DNA of 64,000 nucleotides from Minisyncoccota bacterium (lineage in GTDB: Bacteria > Patescibacteriota > Minisyncoccia > UBA6257 > GWB1-50-10). The stretch lies in assembly GCA_020059585.1 (NCBI GenBank), contig JAGVBU010000003.1, forward strand, positions 879-64,878, in the 5' to 3' direction. Within the stretch, counting starts at the first letter, position 1. Each line of letters begins with the position of its first letter. Under the pieces are notes generated by a model. It was given only the letters and a program-made list of their open reading frames with translations, was not told where the DNA came from and searched no databases. The position numbers and the translations under genes were made by a program. This document shows positions 48,525-58,534 of this stretch, in pieces.

Positions 48525-49823
48525 ATGTTTTCGATACTCAAAAAAGATAACAATTCTCGTGCGCGGAGCGGGACGCTCACAACATTTAGCGGGAGAACCG
48601 TGGAAACACCCGCGTATGCGATCGTGGGAACGCACGCGGAGGTGCGCTGTTTGCCTGCGGAAAAAATGAAGGACGCGAGGGTGCAGCTCATTATCGCGAA
48701 CACATATCATTTGTGGCAACGGTTAGGCAAAGATATTGAGAAGTTTCAGGGACTTCATGCGGAGATGAATACTCCTGATATGGTGATTATGACTGACAGT
48801 GGGGGCTTTCAGGTTTTTAGTTTGGGGTTCGGAAGGGAACACGGAGTAGGGAAAGTGGGGGGTATCAGGAATTCATCTGTCGGGACCGAGCGTTCTCCGT
48901 CTCCTGCGGACAGAGCCGCTCTACGCTCTCATCCTGGCGAATCCGACGTTCGTCGAATACCAAGCTCGCCAGGATTCCGAGAGTTCCCTCCAGACGATTT
49001 CCTGATACATAATGAAAGGAATATGCGAGATAAGAACCTCGTGAGGATTACGGAAGAGGGGGCATATTTTATGACTGACGACGGGGAGCGTTTCCTCGGA
49101 CCGAAGCTTTCGATGGAGATTCAGGAGAAGCTCGGGGCGGATATTATTCTTGCGTTTGATGAATGCACATCACCGGAACATGAATATGAATATCAAAAGC
49201 AGGCGCTCGCGCGCACACATCGATGGGCGGAAGAATGTATTGCGGTAAAAACACGGAATGATCAGATGCTATATGGCATTGTACAGGGTGGGGTGTTCGA
49301 GGATTTGCGGAAAGAGAGTTCGCGATATATTGGAAATCTTCCATTTGACGGATTTGCGATTGGCGGATCGTTTGGTGAGGGGAAAATGCGGGAGGTGATT
49401 GGGTGGAGTGTTTCCGGACTTCCCGAAGAAAAACCAAGGCATCTTCTGGGGATCGGAAAGATAGAAAATATACTTGATGGTGTTGCCGAGGGAATTGATA
49501 CGTTTGATTGCGTGATTCCGACGCGCGAGGCGCGCCACGGCGGAGTGTGGACGCGTGAAGGAAGATTCGACGCAAAGAAGAGCGCAAACAAAAATTCCGA
49601 TGCTCCGATTGAAAAAGGATGTGTGTGTCCAACGTGCGCGATGGGAGTGACGCGCGGAATGCTCTTTGATATGTTTCACTCGAAAGATTTGAGAGCGGGA
49701 GAATACGCGACGATGCACAATATTTTCTTTTTCAATACGTTTATGTCCGAAATGCGGCGGGCGATTCAGAATGGAATGTTCCGAGAATTTGAAAAAGAAA
49801 CAAGGGGGAAACTTAAAAAATAA
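48525..49823 (+). CDS. tgt: tRNA-guanine transglycosylase with an in-frame insertion
   Basis: ANTYHL, TDSGGFQVFSL, FDEC, GIVQGG, PRHLLGIG, DTFDCV, CVCPTC...HN. Confidence 0.93.
   Translation: MFSILKKDNNSRARSGTLTTFSGRTVETPAYAIVGTHAEVRCLPAEKMKDARVQLIIANTYHLWQRLGKDIEKFQGLHAEMNTPDMVIMTDSGGFQVFSLGFGREHGVGKVGGIRNSSVGTERSPSPADRAALRSHPGESDVRRIPSSPGFREFPPDDFLIHNERNMRDKNLVRITEEGAYFMTDDGERFLGPKLSMEIQEKLGADIILAFDECTSPEHEYEYQKQALARTHRWAEECIAVKTRNDQMLYGIVQGGVFEDLRKESSRYIGNLPFDGFAIGGSFGEGKMREVIGWSVSGLPEEKPRHLLGIGKIENILDGVAEGIDTFDCVIPTREARHGGVWTREGRFDAKKSANKNSDAPIEKGCVCPTCAMGVTRGMLFDMFHSKDLRAGEYATMHNIFFFNTFMSEMRRAIQNGMFREFEKETRGKLKK
48862..49008. mobile_element. MITE-like palindromic element inside tgt (147 bp)
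   Basis: Terminal IRs GTATCAGGAATTCATCTG / CAGACGATTTCCTGATAC (16/18); internal stem ATCCTGGCGA/TCGCCAGGAT. Confidence 0.75.
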
Positions 49824-49895
49824 TTTTTTTAAGCTTTTAAATGCCAATTTATATATTGCGTCAATGGTGGTGAAAAGTGTTTCTTGGTGCGGGAA

Positions 49896-49904
49896 TTATC
49901 CACA
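49896..49904 (+). promoter_or_regulatory. DnaA-box consensus
   Basis: TTATCCACA upstream of the rRNA promoter. Confidence 0.45.
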
Positions 49905-49926
49905 CCGTGACAGGTCTAGAAAGGTG

Positions 49927-49954
49927 TTGACATATTATATGGCTTGAGTATAAT
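49927..49954 (+). promoter_or_regulatory. rRNA promoter
   Basis: TTGACA-N16-TATAAT; 16-bp spacer is typical of rRNA promoters. Confidence 0.75.
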
Positions 49955-50477
49955 ACTAACCACGAACTGAATGAGTAAGAAGAACACATATCGAGGCGTT
50001 TCACCTGGCGTATAGATGTGCGTTTTGCGCTTTTGTGAGACCGCCCCGAACGGCGGTTTTTCTTTCCCCCGAATCGACTGATGTTTGATAATTGAATATC
50101 TGATGTTAGTTAGGTAACCAAAATATAAGTAGTAAGTAAGAAGAACTCAAAAAACAAAATCAGTTTTTTGAGGTAGAAATTTATATCCGCTTGTTTTTAC
50201 GGATTATACACGTTAAGGGTAGATGGTGGATGCCTTGGCATTGAATAGCGATGAAGGACGCAGTGTAGCGGCGATACGCTTCGGGGAGGCGCGTAGCAAC
50301 CTATGATCCGGAGATGTCCGAATGGGGAAACCCAATTGAGTGAACCTCAATTACTTCAGCATTTTAGCTGAAGAGCGTACCTGGTGAAGTAAAACATTTC
50401 AGTAGCCAGAGGAAAATAAAACAAATGTTATTCCCTGAGTAGCGGCGAGCGAAACGGGAGAAGCCTAAACCAGTCAG

Positions 50478-50641
50478 TGCGTTGCATTGAAATTATCAAT
50501 TTCCAATTTCTGATTTTCAGATAATTATCAATTTCCAATTTTCAAAAAATTGAAACTACTCTGTTTCGATAATTTGAATTTTTGTTATTGAGCATTGTTT
50601 GTGATTTGATATTTGGTTTTTGGTGCTTTCACTGCAACGCA
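50478..50641 (+). other. Intervening/expansion sequence in 23S domain I containing heptamer repeats
   Basis: Closing stem TGCGTTGCA/TGCAACGCA replaces a normally short hairpin; ATTTCCA/ATTTTCA units on the left arm, ATTTGAT/ATTTGGT/TTTTGGT on the right. Confidence 0.8.
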
Positions 50642-50895
50642 GTGGTTGGGGTTGTAAGGCAGGAATATTTTTGCGTGTCGCACAGTTCTGACTGTTATCA
50701 AGAATTGTGCGATTCGCAGAAGATTGGTTATAAATTGCTTTGTTAGCCGAAGTTGCTGGAACGCAACACTATAAAGGGCGATCGTCCCGTAGGCGAAAAT
50801 GAAGCAACCAATTTTTTTCTGTTCTTGAGTACCTCGAGGCCAAAACACCACGAGGGAATCTGGGAGTACTATCTCCTAAGGCTAAATATATTCAA

Positions 50896-50936
<41 letters not shown>

Positions 50937-53069
50937 CAGCCCGGTGAGGGCGATGAAATAGTACCTGAAACCATCTACTTACAAAGAACCGGAGCCCCAA
51001 GTACGCGCAAGCGTGCGGGGTGACGGTGTGCCTATTGAAGAATGAGCCAACGAGTTTATCTATATTGCAGTCTAAGTCCGGGAAGGATGGAGGCATAGGG
51101 AAACCGAGTGCGAATAGCGCGAACAATATGCAGTATGGATAAGACCCGAAACCAGACGAGCTTGCCTTGGCCAGGGTGAAGGTTGCAGAAATGCGACTGG
51201 AGGCCCGAACCGGTTGGTTGTTCAACACCTTCGGATGAGCTGAGGTAAGGAGTGAAAAGCTAATCGAGTTTGGTAATAGCTGGTTCTCTCCGAAATAGTT
51301 TTAGGACTAGCGTCGACTAAGAGGTTCTTGGGGGTAGAGCACTGGATGATCGTGAAAGGGGGAAACCTCGCGCGATCAATCAAACTCCGAATACCGAGAT
51401 ACCGTTTGTCGGCAGTCAGACTACGGGGGCTAAGCTCCGTGGTCGCGAGGGGAAGAGCCCAGACCGCCGTCTAAGGTCCCTAAGTCCGTGCTAAGTGTGA
51501 AAGGCAGTCATGTTCCATTAACAGATAGGAGGTTGGCTTAGAGGTAGCCATCCTTTAAAGAGTGTGTAACAACTCACTATTCGAGGACCATGGCGCCGAA
51601 AATTTATCGGGGCTCAAGCACGGCACCGAAGACGCGGATTCCGCCGCAAGGCGGAATGGTAGGAGAGCATTCCATGCGCGCTGAAGCAGGACCCGTGAGG
51701 GCCTGTGGAGTACATGGAAGAGAGAATGTTGGCGTGAGTAATCGCAATCCCGATGAAAATTCGGGACCCCAAAAATCCAAGGTTTCCTCCGCAACGAAAA
51801 TCGACGGAGGGTGAGGCGGCCCTAAGGTAATGGCGAAAGCCGTAACTGAAGGATTGCTGGTTAATATTCCAGCCCTTCCATAGTATTCGATGGGGTGACG
51901 AGGTGTAGTAGATCATTTGTCTTAATGGTTTGGCATCCTTGATCGAGAGCGGTATCTAGGGAAATCCGGATACCTGCGTTTAATCGCAAGCTTCAGAGTA
52001 GAGGCGAGTCGTGGGATTTTCCCATGGCAAGTTGATCGAGCACATCTCCGAGAAAAACCTCTAAGGTTCGTACTATGGAATCCGTACCGTAAACCGCCAC
52101 TGGTGGGTGAGGCGAGAAGCCTAAGGGGAACGGGTGAGTCTTCGTTAAGGAACTCGGCAAAAAAGCTAGGCGTAACTTTGGGATAAGCCTTACCTGTCTT
52201 GTGCTTGCACAAGGTGGGTCGCAGCGAAAGTATCTCTAGCGACTGTTTACCAAAAACACAGCTCCCTGCGAACTCGTAAGAGGATGTATAGGGGGTGACG
52301 CCTGACCGATGCGAGAAGGTTAACGATGGGGGTGATAGGCCGCAAGGTTTATTGCTCACTGTCCGAAGCCCTCGTCAATGTCCGCGGTAACTATAACCGT
52401 GTTAAAGTAGCGCAATTCCTTTCCGGGTAAGTTCCGGAGCGCATGAAAGGCGTAACGACTGGAGAACTGTCTCAACGAAGAGCCCGATGAAAACGCGATA
52501 CCCGTGAAGACGCGGGTTACCGGTAGCAAGACGAAAAGACCCCGGAAGCTTTACTGTAGCTTGATATTGGGGGTAATGGTGTGATGCGTAGTGTAGTGGG
52601 TAGGCTTTGAAGGGTCACTTTCGGGTGATCTGGAGCCGCCAATGAAACACCCATCTTCACATTGTTGCTTTCTAACCTGTGTAGCAAAAATACATGGGGA
52701 CAGTGTCTGGCGGGCAGTTTTTCTGGGGCGGAACCCTCCTAAAAGGTAACGGAGGGGTTTATCAAGGTCAGCTTGGTGCGGATGGAAATCGCGCCTAAAG
52801 TGTAAAGGCAGAAGCTGGCTTAACTGCAAGGCCTACAAGCCGCGCAGATGCGAAAGCAGAACTTAGCGACCCGACTATTCTTTATAGAAAGGTAGGAGAT
52901 AACGGATAAAAGTTACTCCGGGGATAACAGGCTAGTTCCGTCTGAGCGTCCCTAGCGACGACGGAGCTCGGCACCTCGATGTCGGCTCACCACATCCCGG
53001 GGCTGGAGAAGGTCCCAAGGGTTTGGCTGTTCGCCAATTAAAGTGGTACGCGAGCTGGGTTCAAACCGT

Positions 53070-53465
53070 CAACAATGAACCACGAGGAAGAAAAGAAACA
53101 CGGCGGCTTTCATGAGTAATCATGATCGAACAAACTGACTCATATCGGAGAAATCCTTTTTCGCGTCTAACCTGGCGCAGAGAGGACAATTCCGAGGGAA
53201 GTCATGTATGATGAGGTCTATTTCGTCACAGTAGAGTGCAGAAGATGTTTTGTTACATTCGTAACGAACGTATTTTATGCACTGCTGTATCATGAGATGG
53301 ATCAATGTTCATGCATTGACCCCGTAGAGACTTATTTGATGTTTTTATGCATTAAATAGATGGAATATTAATTATTCCATAACACGTCAGTCCCCATTGT
53401 GCGTCAAATGATGACGATGGGTGGTGGTATAGTCCATACATTTAGCAATAAATGAATTGATTTAG
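53070..53465 (+). other. Group I intron (IB-like) at the 23S L2593-equivalent site, no homing endonuclease ORF
   Basis: Splits AAACCGT^CGTGAGACAG; ends in G; IGS CACGGCGG pairs both exons; core ATCGGAGAAATCC, AATTCCGAGGGAAG, CCGTAGAGACT, GTATAGTCCA. Confidence 0.92.
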
Positions 53466-53606
53466 CGTGAGACAGGTTGGTCTCTATCTGCTATCGGCGT
53501 GAGTGTTTGAGGGAAGCTGACCCTAGTACGAGAGGACCGGGTTGGACGAACCTCTGGTCTACCAGCTTTGCCACCAGGTGAATCGCTGGGTAGCTATGTT
53601 CGGACG

Positions 53607-53640
<34 letters not shown>

Positions 53641-53839
53641 CTCCCAAGATTAGACACAGTTCCGGGCAACTGGAACAGCACTTCCTGGAAGACTACCAGG
53701 TTGATAGGCTCTCGGTGTACGCACGGTAACGTGTTTAGCCAAGGAGTACTAAAAGTGTTATGTATAACCCTATAAATAGGCGGTTGAATTTCTATCTCAA
53801 AAAGCTGATTTTCATCAGCTCGCACCAGAATTTTTATAT

Positions 53840-53954
53840 GCCGGTGTTTTATTTGAACGTGACCCACCTCTTTCCATTCCGAACAGAGAAGTGAAAGCGT
53901 TCAAACCCGATGATACTTGGCCTTTCGGGGCTCGGGAAAGTAGGGTATGCCGGT
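53840..53954 (+). rRNA. rrf: 5S rRNA
   Basis: CACCTCTTTCCATTCCGAACAGAGAAGTGAAA, CGATGATACT, GGGAAAGTAGG; terminal helix and flanking stem. Confidence 0.93.
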
Positions 53955-54064
53955 ATTTAAAAGTCCTGGTGTTTTTTTGCGCCCTTTTTAGTCATTTTTA
54001 CATACGAATGAGAGATCTCTGTGTTTTGTCAATCTTTACAATATTCTTTTAAACTTTTTTAAAG

Positions 54065-54073
54065 TTATCCACA
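54065..54073 (+). promoter_or_regulatory. DnaA-box consensus upstream of nrdJ
   Basis: TTATCCACA about 35 nt upstream of a TGATAGAAT -10. Confidence 0.45.
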
Positions 54074-54152
54074 AAAATGGTTGGAAATTTTTTTATTTTT
54101 TTTGTGATAGAATGAAAACGTTCGAACAAACTTTTTACTTTTTTATATTTAT

Positions 54153-56402
54153 ATGCCCACCACATTCCAATCCGTTAAAAAAAGAAACGGACAGATAGAC
54201 TTGTTTGATGAATCGCGGATTATTGCCGCGATTTTAAAGGCAATGGCCGTTTCTCAAGAAGGGGGAGAAAAAGAAGCTGCGCGTGTTTCTGAAAATGTCG
54301 TGAAACTTCTTGCAAAATCCCATTCTTACGAAGACGTATTGGATATTGAAGAAATCCAAGACCTTGTTGAGACACAACTCATCGAGCTTGATTATGTAAA
54401 GACCGCAAAAGCATATATCCTCTATCGGCAAGAGCGATCGCGCGTACGCGAACAGAAGCAGCTTATTCCCGATGATGTAAAAAGACTTGTGGATGAAAGT
54501 AAGGAATATTTTCAGAACCAGCTTGGAGAGTTTATTTATTTCAGAACATATTCACGATGGATGGAAAAAGAGGGACGCAGGGAAACATGGATTGAGACGG
54601 TGGATCGATATGTGAATTTTATGAAAGAAAATCTCGGAAAGAAACTTACCGATGATGAATATGCCGAAGTGCGCGAAGCGATTTTAAAACAAGAAGCGAT
54701 GCCGTCAATGCGGCTTTTGTGGAGCGCCGGAGATGCCGCAAAACGGACGAATATCGCGGGATATAATTGTTCGTTTGTCGCGCCGACAAAAGTTCAGGAT
54801 TTTGCCGAAATTATGTATCTTTCAATGTGCGGCGCCGGCGTTGGGTTTTCGGTGGAACAACAGGCGATACAGCAGTTGCCTCAGATTAAGAAACAGACAG
54901 GAAAAAAACTTTCTCCATTTGTTGTTGAAGACAGTAAGGAGGGATGGGCAGATGCGTTGTCGTTTGGAATGAAGACGTGGTTCGAGGGAAAAGATGTTGT
55001 CTTTGATTATTCAAAGCTGCGTCCGAAGGGAGCTCGTTTAAAGACTATGGGAGGACGCAGTTCTGGTCCTGATCCTTTGCGCGCCGCCCTCGATTTTTCG
55101 CGCAGGAAGATATTATCGAAGCAGGGGAAGCGACTCGAGCCAATTGATGTACACGATATTATCTGCAAGATAGGGGAGGTTGTGGTGATGGGAGGGGTGC
55201 GTCGCACCGCTCTTATTTCGCTCTCTGATCTGGATGATAAGGATATGCGCCATGCAAAAATGGGACAGTTCTATATTACTGATCCGCAGCGTTCTATGGC
55301 GAATAATTCCGCAGTATATAATGAAAAACCGACCGCAAGTGATTTTCTTGATGAATGGATTGCGATTGCGAAGAGCGGCACGGGGGAGCGCGGCATTTTT
55401 AATCGCGCGGGACTCGAAAAACAGATGCCCAAGCGGCGATGGAATAAGTTCATATCCCATCTCGAATTTTCGGGGACAAATCCATGCGGAGAAATAGTGC
55501 TTCGATCAAAAGAATTCTGTAATCTTTCCGAAGTGGTGGCGCGGGAAAGCGATACCGAAGAAACGCTTTTAAGAAAAATACGCGTCGCGACGATTATAGG
55601 AACGTATCAATCGACGCTCACCGATTTTCCGTATCTTTCAAAAGAATGGAAGAAAAATTGCGAAGAAGAGCGCCTTCTCGGCGTTTCTATTACCGGTCAA
55701 TGGGATTGTCCCGCAGTACGCAATGGAGAGACGCTGAAAAAGATGCGCGATCGCGCCATCGAAGTGAATCAGGAATATGCAAAACGTTTTGGTATTAATC
55801 CTTCTGCCTCGGTTACCTGCGTGAAGCCCTCGGGTACGGTTTCTCAGCTCGTGGATTCTGCATCTGGATTGCATCCGCGTCATGCAAAATTTTACATTCG
55901 TCGCATCAGAATTGCCGCCACCGACAGTTTATTTAATATGCTGCGTGATCAGAAGATACCCTTCTATCCGGAAATCGGGCAATATGGCGATAATATCAGC
56001 ACCTACGTACTTGAGTTTCCGGTGAAAGCTCCGGACGGTTCGAATTTTAAGAATGATATATCCGCAATTGAACAACTTGAATACTGGAAAATGGTTAAGG
56101 AGAGTTACACGGAACATAATCCTTCGGTTACAATTTCGGTTGGTGATGATGAATGGATCGCGGTTGCGCACTGGCTCTATGAGCACTGGGATATGCTCGG
56201 AGGACTCTCTTTCCTTCCTCGTGACAATCACGTATATGCTCTTGCTCCGTATGAAGAGATCACGGAAGAAAAATACAACGAACTTACAAAGAATTTCCCT
56301 ACGATTGATTTCGCCCAGTTGGTGCTCTATGAGAACGATGATGAGACTCAGGGCGCAAAAGAGCTCGCATGTGTCGGGGGAACGTGTGAGATTACGACAT
56401 AG
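54153..56402 (+). CDS. nrdJ: Class II (AdoCbl-dependent) ribonucleotide reductase with N-terminal ATP-cone
   Basis: VKKRNG ATP-cone; RTYSR, YNCSF, GGVRR, TNPCGEI, CVKPSGTVS, C-terminal CVGGTCE. Confidence 0.92.
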   Translation: MPTTFQSVKKRNGQIDLFDESRIIAAILKAMAVSQEGGEKEAARVSENVVKLLAKSHSYEDVLDIEEIQDLVETQLIELDYVKTAKAYILYRQERSRVREQKQLIPDDVKRLVDESKEYFQNQLGEFIYFRTYSRWMEKEGRRETWIETVDRYVNFMKENLGKKLTDDEYAEVREAILKQEAMPSMRLLWSAGDAAKRTNIAGYNCSFVAPTKVQDFAEIMYLSMCGAGVGFSVEQQAIQQLPQIKKQTGKKLSPFVVEDSKEGWADALSFGMKTWFEGKDVVFDYSKLRPKGARLKTMGGRSSGPDPLRAALDFSRRKILSKQGKRLEPIDVHDIICKIGEVVVMGGVRRTALISLSDLDDKDMRHAKMGQFYITDPQRSMANNSAVYNEKPTASDFLDEWIAIAKSGTGERGIFNRAGLEKQMPKRRWNKFISHLEFSGTNPCGEIVLRSKEFCNLSEVVARESDTEETLLRKIRVATIIGTYQSTLTDFPYLSKEWKKNCEEERLLGVSITGQWDCPAVRNGETLKKMRDRAIEVNQEYAKRFGINPSASVTCVKPSGTVSQLVDSASGLHPRHAKFYIRRIRIAATDSLFNMLRDQKIPFYPEIGQYGDNISTYVLEFPVKAPDGSNFKNDISAIEQLEYWKMVKESYTEHNPSVTISVGDDEWIAVAHWLYEHWDMLGGLSFLPRDNHVYALAPYEEITEEKYNELTKNFPTIDFAQLVLYENDDETQGAKELACVGGTCEITT

Positions 56403-56418
56403 ACGAAAAAAACCGCCG

Positions 56419-56709
56419 TTAATTCGGCGGTTTTCTATATCTTGTAACAATCCTGAAGGGTCTTTGAGTGAATATTTCCATCATTCCATCTATTATCTTT
56501 TTATAGATTACTTTTTTGTTCGGCGTTCTTCTTCCTTCTCTTTTTGGTTGGATAAGTTCGCGTATTAATTGGCGATCCATAAAAATAATCTTGCAGTGAT
56601 TGCAGGTAAAGTAGGGGATATCAAATCGCGCCCAAGAAAAATCAAAAAATAGACACGCAATATTTATTTCAGCCTCTTCTTTGCATAATGGACAAATACG
56701 GGTTATCAC
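56419..56709 (-). CDS. Small Zn-finger protein (YgiT/MqsA-type-like)
   Basis: CPLC...DIPYFTCNHC; GTGA overlap with the upstream gene. Confidence 0.6.
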   Translation of the reverse strand: MITRICPLCKEEAEINIACLFFDFSWARFDIPYFTCNHCKIIFMDRQLIRELIQPKREGRRTPNKKVIYKKIIDGMMEIFTQRPFRIVTRYRKPPN

Positions 56710-56906
56710 ATTCCACCTCCTATTCCGAGTATCTTCCTTAAGAATTCGATAAACCCCGAATTATTTGTGACGGTCGGTGGTGGGAATTCATATTTTTTCC
56801 CGCATCGCGCGCATTGGTATTTGTATTTTTCCTCAAGATTCATCTTTCTCATGAGATATCCGCCGCACGTGCATCGTGGTTCGATGTGAATATCGTTTGT
56901 TTCCAT
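56706..56906 (-). CDS. Small Zn-ribbon protein
   Basis: CTCGG...YQCARCG; AAGGAG SD. Confidence 0.62.
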   Translation of the reverse strand: METNDIHIEPRCTCGGYLMRKMNLEEKYKYQCARCGKKYEFPPPTVTNNSGFIEFLRKILGIGGGM

Positions 56907-56988
56907 AGAATAGCTCCTTTTTGAATAATCTAAGCTAGTTATACCATGTGATTTTTTATTTTTGAATAAGGGTGCTTAAATAAGGGAT

Positions 56989-58011
56989 ATGAGGAGATTG
57001 CTCATAATTATAGGAACTCTTGTCCTTATCGCGGGTTTTTGGCTTCTTATTTTCCAATACGCTTCCCTGTTCCGCACGACAGAAGATCCCGCAACACCCC
57101 TCCCTCACGCGAACATTGAGATTCAGATACCCGATCCGGAACCCATTGCATCTTCATTGAGAATTCTTTTTACGGGCGATCTCATGCTTGATCGCGGAGT
57201 AAAATACTATGTTGAAAAAATCGGAGGCGGGGACTATACATTTCCCTTTACGAAGATAAAGTCATATCTTGATTCGTTTGATGTAGTTATTCCGAATCTC
57301 GAGGGTCCCGTATCTGACAAGGGAGTGAAGGTTGGAAGTATCTATTCGTTCCGTATGGATCCGAAGGTATTCGAAACATTCTCCTACGCGAATATACACG
57401 CGGTGAATGTGGCGAATAATCACGCGTGGGATTATGGTCGCGTGGCTTTTGAGGATACGCTCCGGAGACTTAAGGAAAAAAACATTGGATATTTTGGCGG
57501 GGGAATCTCTGAGGCGGAAGCGTATGCGCCTCATATATTGGAAAAAGATGGAGTTCGCGTAGGCATCCTTGGATTTACGGAATTTCTTGAACACGCGCAG
57601 GCAGACGGAGACGGTGGGGGTATTGCTTTTACCGATATGGAAAAAATAAAGAGTGCGATACAAAACGCAAAAACAAATACTATCGACGCGCTTATTGTGG
57701 TATATCACTTTGGTGAAGAATATATTCCGGAACCCATCGCGCGCCAAGTGGATCTCGCGCGTTTTGCTATTGATGAGGGGGCGGATCTTGTGGTGGGGCA
57801 TCATCCGCACGTCGTTGAATCGAGTGAGGTCTATAAACAAAAAAAGATTTTCTATTCGCTCGGAAATTTCATCTTTGACCAGAGTTTTTCAAAAGAAACG
57901 ATGACGCCAGGATTTCTTGAGGTCACCGTATCGACACTTGGGATAGAATCGGCGCTTTTGAAGCGGGGATCGATGACACAATATTACGAGGTGATTCCTC
58001 CCGTGGAATAA
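56989..58011 (+). CDS. CapA/PGA_cap family metallophosphoesterase
   Basis: GDLMLDR, NLEGP, ANNHAWD, HFGEE, GHHPHV, YSLGNFIFD. Confidence 0.92.
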   Translation: MRRLLIIIGTLVLIAGFWLLIFQYASLFRTTEDPATPLPHANIEIQIPDPEPIASSLRILFTGDLMLDRGVKYYVEKIGGGDYTFPFTKIKSYLDSFDVVIPNLEGPVSDKGVKVGSIYSFRMDPKVFETFSYANIHAVNVANNHAWDYGRVAFEDTLRRLKEKNIGYFGGGISEAEAYAPHILEKDGVRVGILGFTEFLEHAQADGDGGGIAFTDMEKIKSAIQNAKTNTIDALIVVYHFGEEYIPEPIARQVDLARFAIDEGADLVVGHHPHVVESSEVYKQKKIFYSLGNFIFDQSFSKETMTPGFLEVTVSTLGIESALLKRGSMTQYYEVIPPVE

Positions 58012-58030
58012 AAAAGGTATTATAAATGAT

Positions 58031-58513
58031 ATGCATATTTCGAAACGCATCATAGGAGCCACGCTCATCGTATGTCTCGCTTTGCTTGTGGTACTTCTTC
58101 TGGGAGGAGGGGGAAGAGACGATCAGTATTGTTTGTCATTGGCACCCTTCCTTGAAGAGGGGTGTAATGATGACATCGAGAAGGGGGCGCTTCTTGATGT
58201 CCTCGAATTCAAATCGTATGGTATCGGAACTCTTGCGTGCGGGGAGGGAGTGGTGAAGAACATAAGCAAGGAGAGACTCGGGTATGTGCGCTCTATTCTT
58301 ACGTTTTATGAAAAAGACGGAAACGTGTTCGATTTTTCCGAGGGATATATCAATTCCGAAGGGAAAATGTTTCTTCCGGGCGAGGAGGCGCTTTTTAAGC
58401 GGTGTATTGAAGACGATATGTCAAAAGTTGATACGGATCGCACGAAGGCAGCTTTCATGGGAAAGGTGGGAGATGATTTCGACGATAGAAATCTTTATTT
58501 CGGGGAACAATAA
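58031..58513 (+). CDS. Membrane-anchored hypothetical protein (FxLYD-like)
   Basis: N-terminal TM; GVVKN...LTFYEKDG...LPGE. Confidence 0.65.
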   Translation: MHISKRIIGATLIVCLALLVVLLLGGGGRDDQYCLSLAPFLEEGCNDDIEKGALLDVLEFKSYGIGTLACGEGVVKNISKERLGYVRSILTFYEKDGNVFDFSEGYINSEGKMFLPGEEALFKRCIEDDMSKVDTDRTKAAFMGKVGDDFDDRNLYFGEQ

Positions 58514-58534
58514 TATCCGGGAACAGCAATTTAT

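Noticed and set aside
49908-49928. CAGGTCTAGAAAGG resembling the SRP RNA motif
   Set aside because: No AGCAG half or enclosing long stem; lies upstream of the promoter
52570-52660. Loss of the L1-stalk helix in 23S
   Set aside because: Helix H78 appears present and the base changes look compensatory
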